From an uncultured Candidatus Saccharibacteria bacterium (GTDB taxonomy: Bacteria; Patescibacteriota; Doudnabacteria; UBA920): DNA of 64,000 nt. A model generated the notes under the pieces. It was not told where the DNA came from, made no database searches, and saw only the letters and a program-made list of their open reading frames with translations. Shown here piece by piece: positions 38,372 through 48,155 of this stretch. A program made the translations under genes and the position numbers. Position 1 is the stretch's first letter. The number at the start of each line of letters is the position of its first letter. The stretch lies in NCBI GenBank assembly GCA_964532425.1, contig CAZHIA010000005.1:66772-130771 (forward strand). The letters are read 5' to 3'.

Positions 38372-38896
38372 TCAGATCTTCCGTGAATCAATTGCCCAAT
38401 GCAGGAGCGCTTGCCGCTGTTTTCTGTGACATGTGAGATCTCTGGGATGGCAATGCTTCTTGAGCTGCACAATATGCCGGTTGATGTTTTTCCAGCGTTT
38501 GATCTGGCGCATATCGTCTTCTGTGCGCCTTCCCCGATAGTATCGGCAGTACCACTGGAACCAGCCGCGCGGATCCTGGGGATGAATCCAGCCTTTCTTC
38601 TGCCAGACCGAGAGCGGCTGCGAGGCGTTGAGCCGGAAGAAATTCTTTTGAGGATCATGATTAGCTTCCACTGTGACATCCTTATAGGTCAGCTTAGCTT
38701 TCTTGAACCACGTCTTTGGAAATTCGCTTTGACAATCAGCCAAATATAAACCCCCGAACACACCCAGCTCCAACATCTGCCTAGGCGTCAGTTCAGGCTT
38801 GAAATCGGGATAAAAATGTTTCCCTTCCGGTTCGGTCAAATAATAATGATAATCCGTCTGCAATTCGTCATGGACAGTGATTCTTTTTGGGTTCAT
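38372..38896 (-). CDS. Conserved hypothetical protein
   Basis: F.P.LTP.QML.LGVFGG.Y, W..KGWI...DPRGWFQWYCRYY.GRR..DD.RQIKRW, RQALLHWA. Confidence 0.85.
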   Translation of the reverse strand: MNPKRITVHDELQTDYHYYLTEPEGKHFYPDFKPELTPRQMLELGVFGGLYLADCQSEFPKTWFKKAKLTYKDVTVEANHDPQKNFFRLNASQPLSVWQKKGWIHPQDPRGWFQWYCRYYRGRRTEDDMRQIKRWKNINRHIVQLKKHCHPRDLTCHRKQRQALLHWAIDSRKI

Positions 38897-38920
38897 TGTA
38901 AGAAAAATTAAGACACCTCC

Positions 38921-38973
38921 GTATTACGAATTGGGTACACTGAAACGTAATTCGCAATACGTAATGCGTAATT
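38921..38973. repeat. CGTAATT-type heptamer array with a short inverted partner
   Basis: GTATTACGAATT ... CGTAATT CGCAATA CGTAATG CGTAATT. Confidence 0.65.
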
Positions 38974-38993
38974 GTTCCTAATTGTCTAAGATT

Positions 38994-40382
38994 TTATGCC
39001 GCAATCTTCCTGGTCGGCCAGTGAGTCGGGCTTTCCTGAAACAACCATTCCGGACCGCTTGCTTTGATAAGGTCGAGAATCTTGTTACAGAAATAGTCTT
39101 CACGAAACCTCGGTGTAAGCAATTGTTCTACGGCAACGACCGCTTCATGATGCGTCAGCTGTACTCCGGTTTCCCGATGCCTTCTCCTCACCGCTGCTTC
39201 GTATTTATCCATGACCATCAAAAGCCTGGCCATGAACACCTGGCGGCACTCCGGCGTATCTGTAACACCCTCCTCTTTCACCGGCTTGAACCACCAGTCT
39301 TTGCGGTACGGACTGCTGTCGCGGTCGGCATGGTGTGCAGCCACGATCTCGATGGTCTGCTCATTAAAGACTTCCTGATGCTCTTTCAAGACTTCCACTG
39401 ACCATGCGCCGTGCTGGTCATATAATTTCCTTATAGGCTGGGCAAGATCCACGCCAGTCTGTTCGAGCGCTTTGAGCATCTTGATCTTGCCATCGCGGTT
39501 ATCCCATTCCATATAGGTTTCTATAACGGTCCGCACGGATGTATGTTCGGCATCCCGCACCCCCTCAACTGCGTAAAGTTTTGTCACGGCTTCCTGGGAC
39601 TGCAGCGATATATTCGACGGTCCGGTTTTGCCGATATCATGAACCAGGCTGGCCAGTCGCAAATTATGCATTTCCTGCACATCCAGATTCAATGCAGAAG
39701 AAGTGCGCCCCATAATAGCCTGCCAGAGGTGAACGACGCGCTCGCATCCCGCCATGATTTTTTTACAATCTTGGTTGAAATTGGTGAATTCTTCCAGTTG
39801 CTCCAACCGCTGCAATGGTCCGGCAGGGAATATTTCGGCGTCGAACCCCACTGCATGCAATTGTTCTTGCAGATTCAACTCCGCGATTGCCTTAAAATAC
39901 TTTTGGTGGACAATGGCACGAAAATCTTCATAGGTAGTTCCCGGACGCACTCGGGAAGCCGTAAGCAGCTGGATAATCATTGACCGAGCTTCGTTTATAC
40001 CATTTGGATCATGGGCAAATTTGGCAATTTCCGCTTTTTGGTCGAGCAGAAGAGCCGGAATCTCAGACATACGCTGATTGCCGAACATACTGCCATGTTG
40101 AACCGCCTTGTCGAGTAAGGTACAGGAGTTTTCCAATTCGCGCTTGAGCTGGTCCGCCGTGAGGTGAAATTCCTTGCAAAGTCCTGTCACATAGTTTCGG
40201 TCTTCAGACCCGGCTTCCCATGCGGCCCGAACCAATTCGTCTTCCTGCTCATGGGCGGCTTCCTCAGGAGACTGTCCCTGATCAACGGAAATTTCTGGAT
40301 GGCTCGTTTTCCACTCATTCCAACGATCCGCCATGCGACTTTCGAAGTCTTGCCGCCATTTGTCTTGTTCTGACGCACTCAT
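38994..40382 (-). CDS. Protein with C-terminal HD-superfamily domain
   Basis: ASLVHDIGK, H..WS...L, AAHH, VMDKYEA. Confidence 0.78.
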   Translation of the reverse strand: MSASEQDKWRQDFESRMADRWNEWKTSHPEISVDQGQSPEEAAHEQEDELVRAAWEAGSEDRNYVTGLCKEFHLTADQLKRELENSCTLLDKAVQHGSMFGNQRMSEIPALLLDQKAEIAKFAHDPNGINEARSMIIQLLTASRVRPGTTYEDFRAIVHQKYFKAIAELNLQEQLHAVGFDAEIFPAGPLQRLEQLEEFTNFNQDCKKIMAGCERVVHLWQAIMGRTSSALNLDVQEMHNLRLASLVHDIGKTGPSNISLQSQEAVTKLYAVEGVRDAEHTSVRTVIETYMEWDNRDGKIKMLKALEQTGVDLAQPIRKLYDQHGAWSVEVLKEHQEVFNEQTIEIVAAHHADRDSSPYRKDWWFKPVKEEGVTDTPECRQVFMARLLMVMDKYEAAVRRRHRETGVQLTHHEAVVAVEQLLTPRFREDYFCNKILDLIKASGPEWLFQESPTHWPTRKIAA

Positions 40383-40446
40383 TTTTTGTATCGTTAATGG
40401 ACCAATTTGGCTTTATTATAACAAAAAAAGGCTGATGATAAAAGTA

Positions 40447-40479
40447 AAGCAGCGTTCCACAGTTTAAGGAACGCTGCTT
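40447..40479 (-). terminator. Intrinsic terminator
   Basis: AAGCAGCGTTCC-loop-GGAACGCTGCTT. Confidence 0.7.
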
Positions 40480-40498
40480 CTAAGGCAAGGACTGCCGA

Positions 40499-40717
40499 TT
40501 AGTTTATGGTGCCGGGCTTGTCGAATTGAATCGGCTGGGAAAAAACCGCATCCCAGTTGTCCCGGTATGCATTGGTAGAACCCACGAACGCGCGGCCACC
40601 CGCACGAGTGCCGTGTACGGGACAATTTTGCGGAGAATAGCGGCTAAACGCGAGGGCCGCCCCCTCTTCCGTAATGATCCCATCGACAACTATGTGGTCC
40701 TTCTCATTACTGTCCAT
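40499..40717 (-). CDS. Small hypothetical protein
   Basis: AAAGGAGG SD, TATAAT upstream, terminator downstream; CPVHG and S..YRDNWD.VF motifs. Confidence 0.7.
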   Translation of the reverse strand: MDSNEKDHIVVDGIITEEGAALAFSRYSPQNCPVHGTRAGGRAFVGSTNAYRDNWDAVFSQPIQFDKPGTIN

Positions 40718-40831
40718 GCTTCCTCCTTTGAACGGACTTTCTATTATAAATAAGAGGGATTACCATGTCAACCACACTACAAACATACCTTCGATGCGCA
40801 ATGACATTGAAGGTATTGCATACCTAGCATG

Positions 40832-41425
40832 TTAACCCGGATCTATCGAAGAAATATCTGAATCGTTTTGGGACAATCTGGCTCTTTTCTGATAGGCTCT
40901 GAGGGAATAGATGCAGCCGCAATAATTTTGGATGTAAAGCTTCCTGTCCTGGGCCATGGACCTGCCTTTGTCCCATCTCCCCTGCTTTTTCCAATCTTCC
41001 TCATAAAATTGCACACCGTAAATTTGCCCGAGCATCCGACCGAGCGGATTGATGATCTTGGCTTCTTTGAACCTCCCCATGGACAATGTAGTGCTAAACA
41101 GCTCATACCCTTCCTGCTTTGCAAATTCCGCCGTCTTGTTCAGCCGCATTAAAATGCATTGGCTGCACCGTGGCCCGCCTTCTTTTTCCCGTTCCAGGCC
41201 CTTAATCGCTTGAGCCCACTTAGCCGGCTCATAGTCGCCGTCGATCATGGGAACCTGCCATTCATTGCAGACTTTAATCACTTGCTGCTTGCGTTTTTCG
41301 TATTCTGCTATGGGGTATATATTCGGATTATAAAAATAGGCCGTGAGATCGAACTTCGTCTTTAGTTCGTCAATGACCGCAATACTGCACGGGCCGCAAC
41401 AGATATGGAGGAGAAATTTCTTCAT
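40832..41425 (-). CDS. queH: Epoxyqueuosine reductase QueH
   Basis: LLHICCGPCS, YFYNPNI.P..EY..R, E.EGG.RC..C...RL, Y.QNYCGC.YS. Confidence 0.95.
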   Translation of the reverse strand: MKKFLLHICCGPCSIAVIDELKTKFDLTAYFYNPNIYPIAEYEKRKQQVIKVCNEWQVPMIDGDYEPAKWAQAIKGLEREKEGGPRCSQCILMRLNKTAEFAKQEGYELFSTTLSMGRFKEAKIINPLGRMLGQIYGVQFYEEDWKKQGRWDKGRSMAQDRKLYIQNYCGCIYSLRAYQKRARLSQNDSDISSIDPG

Positions 41426-41491
41426 ATTGACTCGGAACGGTTATGATAGTATTGTATAGAATCCCAAGAATTTGGACAAAAGGAGGAACCA

Positions 41492-41890
41492 ATGCCCACT
41501 AAGCAATGGGTAATCGCAAGGGCTTTACTCTATGCGGCCCTGGCAGCCGTTATTACAGCTGTACTTTCGGTACAGGATTCGCCCGGACAGAATGCCGGAC
41601 GTTTCACCTGCGATCAAATGAGGCCATTTCTTTCAGGCCTCGCAACCATGGCCGCATTCAGTGCCTGGAACTGGGTTTCAGGCGATGCGGTACAAACCTG
41701 GGCCTACACCAAGTACTGGGCCTTCTCATTTCTGTTTGTACAGCTCGCAGGACTCTGGTTGTTGGTCTGTCTCGGCAGCCTGTCCAACCAGCAAGGAAAG
41801 AGCGTTCTTATCGGGATCCTCGTGGGTACGATTATCGGCTCACTCCGAGTTCTGAACGCGCTTATAAAGAATGAGCGAATCGATTTCTGA
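41492..41890 (+). CDS. Multi-TM hypothetical protein
   Basis: AAGGAGG SD; four hydrophobic segments. Confidence 0.7.
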   Translation: MPTKQWVIARALLYAALAAVITAVLSVQDSPGQNAGRFTCDQMRPFLSGLATMAAFSAWNWVSGDAVQTWAYTKYWAFSFLFVQLAGLWLLVCLGSLSNQQGKSVLIGILVGTIIGSLRVLNALIKNERIDF

Positions 41891-42008
41891 ATCGACCGCA
41901 AGGGTCATCTTTGTTTACAAAGGTGGCCTTTTAAATTGGTAGGTCTTGACGTACCTGCAATATCTTATTACAAATACTATGCGAGGCACAAAGAGAAAGG
42001 ACGGGTCC

Positions 42009-42314
42009 ATGAAGTTAGGGGCATTCTTAACCCAGAATCGCGATACAGTTCAAAGTCTGAAAGGCAAGCGAATTAAGATCACGGGAAATTTCGGAGGGAA
42101 AGGCTTTTCAGAGTCTTCCACCATCGAAAGCATCCAGTCCAGGCGCGACGAGATTCGTATAACATTCCAGCCCGGGGTGAAGATCACCATTGCGGGGGAA
42201 TCTGCCCAAGTCGTAGGCGCCTACTGGCTCAAAGCGTTCGATGAGACGAATTTCCTGGTCGACCGAGAAGGATCGCCGGCCATCATCCCCCATGCGATCG
42301 TAGAAGTCCTCTAA
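42009..42314 (+). CDS. Hypothetical protein
   Basis: ORF fills the gap between two terminators; start uncertain (41979 or 42009). Confidence 0.6.
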   Translation: MKLGAFLTQNRDTVQSLKGKRIKITGNFGGKGFSESSTIESIQSRRDEIRITFQPGVKITIAGESAQVVGAYWLKAFDETNFLVDREGSPAIIPHAIVEVL

Positions 42315-42324
42315 ACGACAAAAT

Positions 42325-42353
42325 AAAGCGGTACCATGTACGGTACCGCTTTT
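42325..42353. terminator. Bidirectional terminator
   Basis: AAAGCGGTACC-ATGTAC-GGTACCGCTTT. Confidence 0.8.
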
Positions 42354-42380
42354 AATTCAATTGAGGGAAAGGCTGTAATG

Positions 42381-44219
42381 TTATTTCTTTAAAACAGCCA
42401 AGAACGCTTCCTGCGGAATATCAACTTTACCGATTTTCTTCATTTTTTTCTTGCCGCGCTTCTGCTTGTTGAGAAGCTTCATCTTGCGGGTCACGTCGCC
42501 GCCGTAGAGGTAGCCGGTCACGTCCTTGCGCAGGGCAGAAATAGTCTCGCGCGCAATAACCTTGCCGCCGATAGCTGCCTGGATTGCGATCTCAAATTGG
42601 TGGCGCGGAATGAGCTGCTTGAGCTTTTCCACCAGTTCTTTACCATCAGTTTGGGCAACTGAGCGGTGCATGATGGCAGCGAGAGCCGGAACCGGCTCTC
42701 CTGCTACAAGGATGTCGACTTTGACCAAATCCCCTACCCGCTCTTCAATAAAATCATAATTCAGAGATGCATATCCGGAAGAAACCGACTTCAGTTTGTC
42801 GTAAAAATCCAGAATAATATTGGCCAGCGGCATCTCGAACATCATATCTACGCGCGTGTTGCCAATGTATTTGATATCTTTGGAAATAGCCCGGCGCTGG
42901 TTGGAAATTTCCATGATGGGACCGATATAATCCGTCGGCGTCAGGATATTGACTGACATCCACGGTTCATAGATCTCCTTGATGGTTGCGGGATCGGGAA
43001 ACTCCGCAGGGTTATGAATATAGAATTCCTCGCCGTTGGTTTTGACCACGCGGTAGGCTACGGAAGGTGCGGTCAGCACTAAATCCAGGTTATACTCGCG
43101 CATCAGGCGTTCCTGCACAATATCCATGTGCAAGAGGCCCAAAAACCCGGTCCGGAAACCGAAGCCAATGGACGGAATGTTGATCGGCTCGAATTCCAAA
43201 GCCGCATCGGATAGCTTGAGCTTTTCCATGGCATCGCGCAGCAGCGGGTAATCGTCTCCCGAGACTGGGAAAATGGTCGCATAGACCATGGGCTTAATTT
43301 GCTTGTACCCGGGCAGCTGGGTGACCTGCGATTTACCGGCGGAAAGCGTAACCGTATCTCCGACACGCGCCTTACTGACATCCCGCAAGCCGGTCACAAT
43401 GTACCCGACCTCACCCGTTTTAATCTCGTCCGACTTTTCCATTTTAGGATGGAAATAACCAACCTCAAGACTTTCCGCTTCGGTTTGAGAACCGATCATA
43501 AAGATCTTTTCGCGGTTTTTGAGGCTGCCATCCATGGCGCGGACAAACACAATAACTCCGCGATGAATGTCGTACATGGAATCGAAGATGAGGCCGCGGA
43601 ACGGTCTTTGCGGATCGCCTTTCGGCTGGGGTACGCGCTCGATAACTGCCTTTAAAATTTCCTCCACCCCTTCCCCGGTCTTGCCGGATGCATACAAAAT
43701 TTCGTCATCAGTAAACCCGAACGCGCTCTTTAACTCCTCAGCTGTCTTTTTGCGATCGGAGTTTGGCAGGTCAATCTTGTTTACGACCGGAATCAGTACA
43801 AGGTCATGTTCGAGCGCCAGGTAGACGTTAGCCAGGGTCTGGGCTTCTATGCCTTGGGTAGAGTCCACAACCAAAATCGCCCCCTCGCAGCACGCCAGCG
43901 AACGGGAAACTTCATAGGTAAAGTCCACATGACCCGGGGTATCAATTAAGTTCAAAGTGAAAAGTTCAAAGTTAGAAGTTTCTTCTCCGTCAATTTTTAA
44001 CTTTTCACTTTGAACTTTGAATGTATATTCCATCCTCACCGGCTGCAGTTTGATGGTAATGCCGCGTTCGCGTTCCAGATCCATTTGGTCCAGCAGCTGG
44101 TCTTTCATCTCCCGCTTGCTCACCGTATGTGTCACTTCCAAAAGCCGGTCAGCCAGTGTGGACTTGCCGTGATCGATATGCGCGATGATGCAGAAATTTC
44201 GTATGTGTGACTGGTCCAT
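42381..44219 (-). CDS. lepA: Elongation factor 4
   Basis: IRNFCIIAHIDHGKSTLADR, LNLIDTPGHVDF, GFLGLLH, YGGDVTRK.KLL.KQK.GKK.MK. Confidence 0.99.
   Translation of the reverse strand: MDQSHIRNFCIIAHIDHGKSTLADRLLEVTHTVSKREMKDQLLDQMDLERERGITIKLQPVRMEYTFKVQSEKLKIDGEETSNFELFTLNLIDTPGHVDFTYEVSRSLACCEGAILVVDSTQGIEAQTLANVYLALEHDLVLIPVVNKIDLPNSDRKKTAEELKSAFGFTDDEILYASGKTGEGVEEILKAVIERVPQPKGDPQRPFRGLIFDSMYDIHRGVIVFVRAMDGSLKNREKIFMIGSQTEAESLEVGYFHPKMEKSDEIKTGEVGYIVTGLRDVSKARVGDTVTLSAGKSQVTQLPGYKQIKPMVYATIFPVSGDDYPLLRDAMEKLKLSDAALEFEPINIPSIGFGFRTGFLGLLHMDIVQERLMREYNLDLVLTAPSVAYRVVKTNGEEFYIHNPAEFPDPATIKEIYEPWMSVNILTPTDYIGPIMEISNQRRAISKDIKYIGNTRVDMMFEMPLANIILDFYDKLKSVSSGYASLNYDFIEERVGDLVKVDILVAGEPVPALAAIMHRSVAQTDGKELVEKLKQLIPRHQFEIAIQAAIGGKVIARETISALRKDVTGYLYGGDVTRKMKLLNKQKRGKKKMKKIGKVDIPQEAFLAVLKK
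43948..44021. repeat. Heptamer-armed (AAAGTTC-type) inverted repeat in frame within lepA
   Basis: Perfect 19-bp inverted repeat AAGTTCAAAGTGAAAAGTT / AACTTTTCACTTTGAACTT; encodes FKVQSEKLKIDGEETSNFELFTLNL. Confidence 0.9.
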
Positions 44220-44314
44220 AGATGCAGATATACAGATTAATGCAGATTTACAAATAACTACAGATAATCAGCCTCTATCTGTAGTTATCTGTAAATTTGT
44301 TATTATTTGTAGAT
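44220..44314. repeat. About 9-mer-armed (ACAGAT) inverted repeat between murJ and lepA
   Basis: ATTTACAAATAACTACAGATA / TATCTGTAGTTATCTGTAAAT, 20 of 21 complementary, plus further units. Confidence 0.85.
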
Positions 44315-44319
44315 TGGCA

Positions 44320-45918
44320 TTATTGGTTTTTATTATACAGAATCCGCTTGAAAAAATCCAGGGTCTTTTGGGCTTGTTCGAGCCTGGTTACCATCGTCAG
44401 GATTACAAAGACAGCTAAACCGGCACCAATCGACAATCCTGATTGAACGAAGATCCCGAACGTTGTCCGGGTGTTGACCAGCGGAGCGAACAGGCGGATA
44501 CAACCGTAGCTGACCAGCCCCATTCCCAGGCTTGCTATAGAAATTTTGTAGACGAAAATGGAGAGCTTGCGGTCGAACTCCTGGATGACATCGCGACTCC
44601 CAAGCTTACTGTGCAGGATAAGGAACAACAGAAGCGCATCCAGGGTCGTCGAAAGGGCAAAAGCCGACGCTATGCCGGTGAGCCCATAAGCCCTGCCCCA
44701 GAAGTACGCCAGTACTGCGTTAAGAATGATCGAGGACAGATTGGTGCAAACCGGTATGATCGTGTTATGGCGGGCATAAAAAGACTTGGCAAACAATGGA
44801 GACAAGCTCTGGCCAATCAACGAGAACGTAAAGATGCCCAGAGTGTTCAGTGTCGCCACGGTCTCAGGCCATCCGAATTTTCCATGGCCAAGCACCAGAC
44901 GAACGATATATGCACGGAATACCATCATCAGCACAGAGATCGGGACAATGAAGAACAGAATTTGCATCGCAGTACTGGCCAATGTATCGGCAAATTTTTC
45001 GAGCCGACCTTCCGCGTAATATTCCGACAACACCGGAAATGAAGCGGTGGCTACAGAAATGGCGAATATACCGAGCGGTACCGCTTGGAGATTGTTGGCA
45101 AAATTGAAGACACTCACCGACCCGGCAACCAGTATCGAGCCGACCGAAGTTCCAATGAGCAGGCTTATTTGAGAATTATCCATGCCCAAAATGCGCGGCA
45201 AAAAAAGCCGGCCAACTTGCCGCAACACCGGCTCCTTCCAGTCCACGCTTGCACTCCACCGATAGCCGAAACGTACTGCTTCCGGGATTTGCACCAGCAG
45301 ATGGCTAACAGCTCCAATTATTACCCCAAAACCGAGCCCCATGAGCCCTAACTTTGGATACAGGAAGAACAGCCCGAATATAATCCCGAGATTGTACATG
45401 ATCGGAGCCAGGCTCACGACCAGGAACTTTTTTTGGGAATTTAAAATGCTGGTAAAGACGTTGGAAATGGTAAAGATGATTGGCGACAGCAGGAACAACC
45501 TCGTTAGCCTGACCGTGTCCTCGAATTTCCCGTCCGTAAACCCCGGTACAAGCCCGTGGGCAATCTGCCGCGAGCCGGCGTACAGAATGGCACATATCAG
45601 AATAATGCTCAACGCCGAAATATTCAGCACTGAATTGGCGATCCGGTATGCCCGGTCTTTATCTTTCATCAACCACTCGGTGAATACCGGAATGAACGCC
45701 ACGGAGAGCGTGCCCAAAACAAGCAGGTTAAACGTAAAGTCAGGAATGCGGAATGCCGCGTAGTACGTGTCGAGCGTGTCTCCCGGGCCGATCTTGCCGG
45801 CCAGCAGCGAATCGCGCAGCAAAGCCACGAGTTTTGCCACAAGCGTAAACACCCCGACAATAATCGCGGCTTTAGTGATAGAAAAATTGGTTTCCAGGCT
45901 TTGAAGTTTTCGTATCAT
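44320..45918 (-). CDS. murJ: Lipid II flippase MurJ
   Basis: D.YYAAFRIPD, AFIPVF, AP..YN..II, P.GIF..S.AT..FP, FYA..NT..P. Confidence 0.96.
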   Translation of the reverse strand: MIRKLQSLETNFSITKAAIIVGVFTLVAKLVALLRDSLLAGKIGPGDTLDTYYAAFRIPDFTFNLLVLGTLSVAFIPVFTEWLMKDKDRAYRIANSVLNISALSIILICAILYAGSRQIAHGLVPGFTDGKFEDTVRLTRLFLLSPIIFTISNVFTSILNSQKKFLVVSLAPIMYNLGIIFGLFFLYPKLGLMGLGFGVIIGAVSHLLVQIPEAVRFGYRWSASVDWKEPVLRQVGRLFLPRILGMDNSQISLLIGTSVGSILVAGSVSVFNFANNLQAVPLGIFAISVATASFPVLSEYYAEGRLEKFADTLASTAMQILFFIVPISVLMMVFRAYIVRLVLGHGKFGWPETVATLNTLGIFTFSLIGQSLSPLFAKSFYARHNTIIPVCTNLSSIILNAVLAYFWGRAYGLTGIASAFALSTTLDALLLFLILHSKLGSRDVIQEFDRKLSIFVYKISIASLGMGLVSYGCIRLFAPLVNTRTTFGIFVQSGLSIGAGLAVFVILTMVTRLEQAQKTLDFFKRILYNKNQ

Positions 45919-48062
45919 TGGCGGGAGGTCAGGACAAAACCGTAAAAATGATTACCGGCGATTTCCCCTGTAACACTGATCGAATCCGAACTAACTTGCG
46001 CATCAGCTGCATTAGTCCATTCTAGCCGTTTTCCGGGGAAATGGAAAGCGTAAGAAAATGGATAATTGACCGCGCCGATCTGTTTTTCGACAAGCAAACT
46101 CGCATGGTCCACACTACCGAGCGTGTATGGCAACAGGTACGTTAACTGGATAGTCCGGCTTTGTCCGCCTTCAAGGGTCAGCCAGTTTCCGAAAAATGTT
46201 TTGCCGGATTCCTTACCAATCAAGGTGCCGGTAGTTACGTCGCGTACGGCATTCTTTTCCCAGGCTTGGACGTCTGGATCCGTCATGTAGTCGCCGGGCG
46301 GCTGCACCAGGTCCTTCCGGTCAAAACCGCTATTGTCCACCAACACAGAACCAGCAGGCACATAAATCCGAACAAAACTGGTGTTTTCCGTGTCTTTCAT
46401 TTGGGGTAGCCGGTTCGTGCGCGTAATCGTCACATGGTTCTGAATCTGCCCGTTCGGCAAGAGCGTGGAGTCCAGTGACACCTGCTGACTGATGAACAGG
46501 TCTGTTTTCGTCCCACCCAAATTACTTGAAACGATCGACAAAAAATCCCGATCAGTATCTTTCATGCTTCCAGACCAATTAAACGCTTCAAGTAAGCTTT
46601 CCGCTTGCGGGTCACGGGAATACACGACCGCCTGTTTTTCGTTTAGACTCAGTTGGAGGTTTTCAACGAACAGTGCGAATTGGTCAGGGGGCAAGGCCGT
46701 AATTTTTTGAATGAGTACGGGGAAGAAATCGGCAAGCAGTTGCTTGGGAGTGTTCAGGGGCTGAGTGCTGCTCATCGTAGTCAGCGCTTGCACCTGTTCG
46801 ACAAAATTGTCTGAATCCAGCGTTACATTGTAGCTGGGCATCTCGATGGGGCCGGTCACTTTGAGGGTATTAACTACCACGGTCGGTGTCATGGCAATAA
46901 CCACATCAGGCGTCTCCCCTCCTTCTTTTTCGTAAAATGAAGAAATCTTGCGGGCCGTTTTCGGAAAATCGGCAAACCAGTTGCTGTCGCGCAAGTACCA
47001 GCGGTCATTGACATTGAGCACCGGTTCCGGCGGGGCAATTTTTTCTTCAAGCTGGCCGTCCAGGTCATAAATGCTGCTGATGTGCATGCGTTCGATCTGT
47101 CCATTCTGCAAATTGACAGCACCGAACGTACCGATAAAACCCCCGCCCGCGCGAAGTTCATTATTATTCTCAAAAACGAACAGGATGTTTTTGTTCCCGC
47201 GGATCAACCCGGTCCCCAAAGTAAAAAGCTGGGAAAAATTATCGGCCGTTTTAGAAAGCACAGCTAACTTGCCTTTGAGATCTGAAAATTCTGTCCGCCG
47301 CTGTTCTGGCAGAACTGATTCCTGGATCGAGGAAACTTTCTCATTTGCCGCATCGATATTTTTTACTACAAGTGACAGGGTTACTGTCAAAGAGTCTAAT
47401 ATCTGCCCACTATCCCCCGAAAAAGCCAGGCCTTGCGGGGTGAATTTTACCTGTTCAGCGGTGTGGTAAAATTCAATAATCTCCGTACCGGCCAAAGCCA
47501 TATGTTGCCCTGCTTCAATAAGATTCTCCCCTCCCTTTTTTTGAGGAAGGACACTGAATAAAGCATTAGCCAGGCTGCCTGCTGAATCCAGTTCTTGTTT
47601 ACTTTCTTTAAAATTTTTCAAAGCCGCAGTGAACTCGTTTCTCGCTCCGGTTATATCTTTATCAGACATTGACTGCTTCGCTTCGAACAAGTGCTCACTG
47701 CCCCGGGTGGCGAACTGCATGACGCGATCTTTTAACTGCAATCCTGCGGCAGCAAGATATGCAGACTGCAGAGCCAAAACCGATAAAGCCACAAGCAGCA
47801 AGAAACAACCCAAAGCAAATTTAAAATTCGCGCTGGCAGCCAGACGGCGGCGAATGCGAAGATGCAGCTTAGTTTCTACCCATTGGGCATACGCCGATCT
47901 CAAAAGCATGCCTGCCGCAAGAATGATGGCGTTCCCAATGTAGTAATTGAGCATGAATAAAGCTTTGAAAGGAGCAAAAAACGCCCGAGCGATCCACGCG
48001 CGTCGTTTGTATCCTTTCGGCTTTGGAACCGGGAGATTGTATGAAGAATGAATATGGGGCAT
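45915..48062 (-). CDS. DUF4012-like membrane-anchored protein
   Basis: ENNNELRAGGGFIG, RDSNWF.DFP, N.GG.K.D, KQ.G. Confidence 0.85.
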   Translation of the reverse strand: MPHIHSSYNLPVPKPKGYKRRAWIARAFFAPFKALFMLNYYIGNAIILAAGMLLRSAYAQWVETKLHLRIRRRLAASANFKFALGCFLLLVALSVLALQSAYLAAAGLQLKDRVMQFATRGSEHLFEAKQSMSDKDITGARNEFTAALKNFKESKQELDSAGSLANALFSVLPQKKGGENLIEAGQHMALAGTEIIEFYHTAEQVKFTPQGLAFSGDSGQILDSLTVTLSLVVKNIDAANEKVSSIQESVLPEQRRTEFSDLKGKLAVLSKTADNFSQLFTLGTGLIRGNKNILFVFENNNELRAGGGFIGTFGAVNLQNGQIERMHISSIYDLDGQLEEKIAPPEPVLNVNDRWYLRDSNWFADFPKTARKISSFYEKEGGETPDVVIAMTPTVVVNTLKVTGPIEMPSYNVTLDSDNFVEQVQALTTMSSTQPLNTPKQLLADFFPVLIQKITALPPDQFALFVENLQLSLNEKQAVVYSRDPQAESLLEAFNWSGSMKDTDRDFLSIVSSNLGGTKTDLFISQQVSLDSTLLPNGQIQNHVTITRTNRLPQMKDTENTSFVRIYVPAGSVLVDNSGFDRKDLVQPPGDYMTDPDVQAWEKNAVRDVTTGTLIGKESGKTFFGNWLTLEGGQSRTIQLTYLLPYTLGSVDHASLLVEKQIGAVNYPFSYAFHFPGKRLEWTNAADAQVSSDSISVTGEIAGNHFYGFVLTSRQ

Positions 48063-48068
48063 AGGGAC

Positions 48069-48154
48069 ACATTTAACCTTTAACCATTAACATGTAACAA
48101 ATCCGCATTGTCCGAGTGTCTAGGTCAAATGTCAAATGTCACATGTCAAATGTT
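48069..48154. repeat. Empty heptamer-armed inverted repeat between ftsW and the DUF4012 gene
   Basis: ACATTTAACCTTTAACCATTAACATGTAAC ... GGTCAAATGTCAAATGTCACATGTCAAATGTT. Confidence 0.9.
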
Positions 48155-48155
48155 T

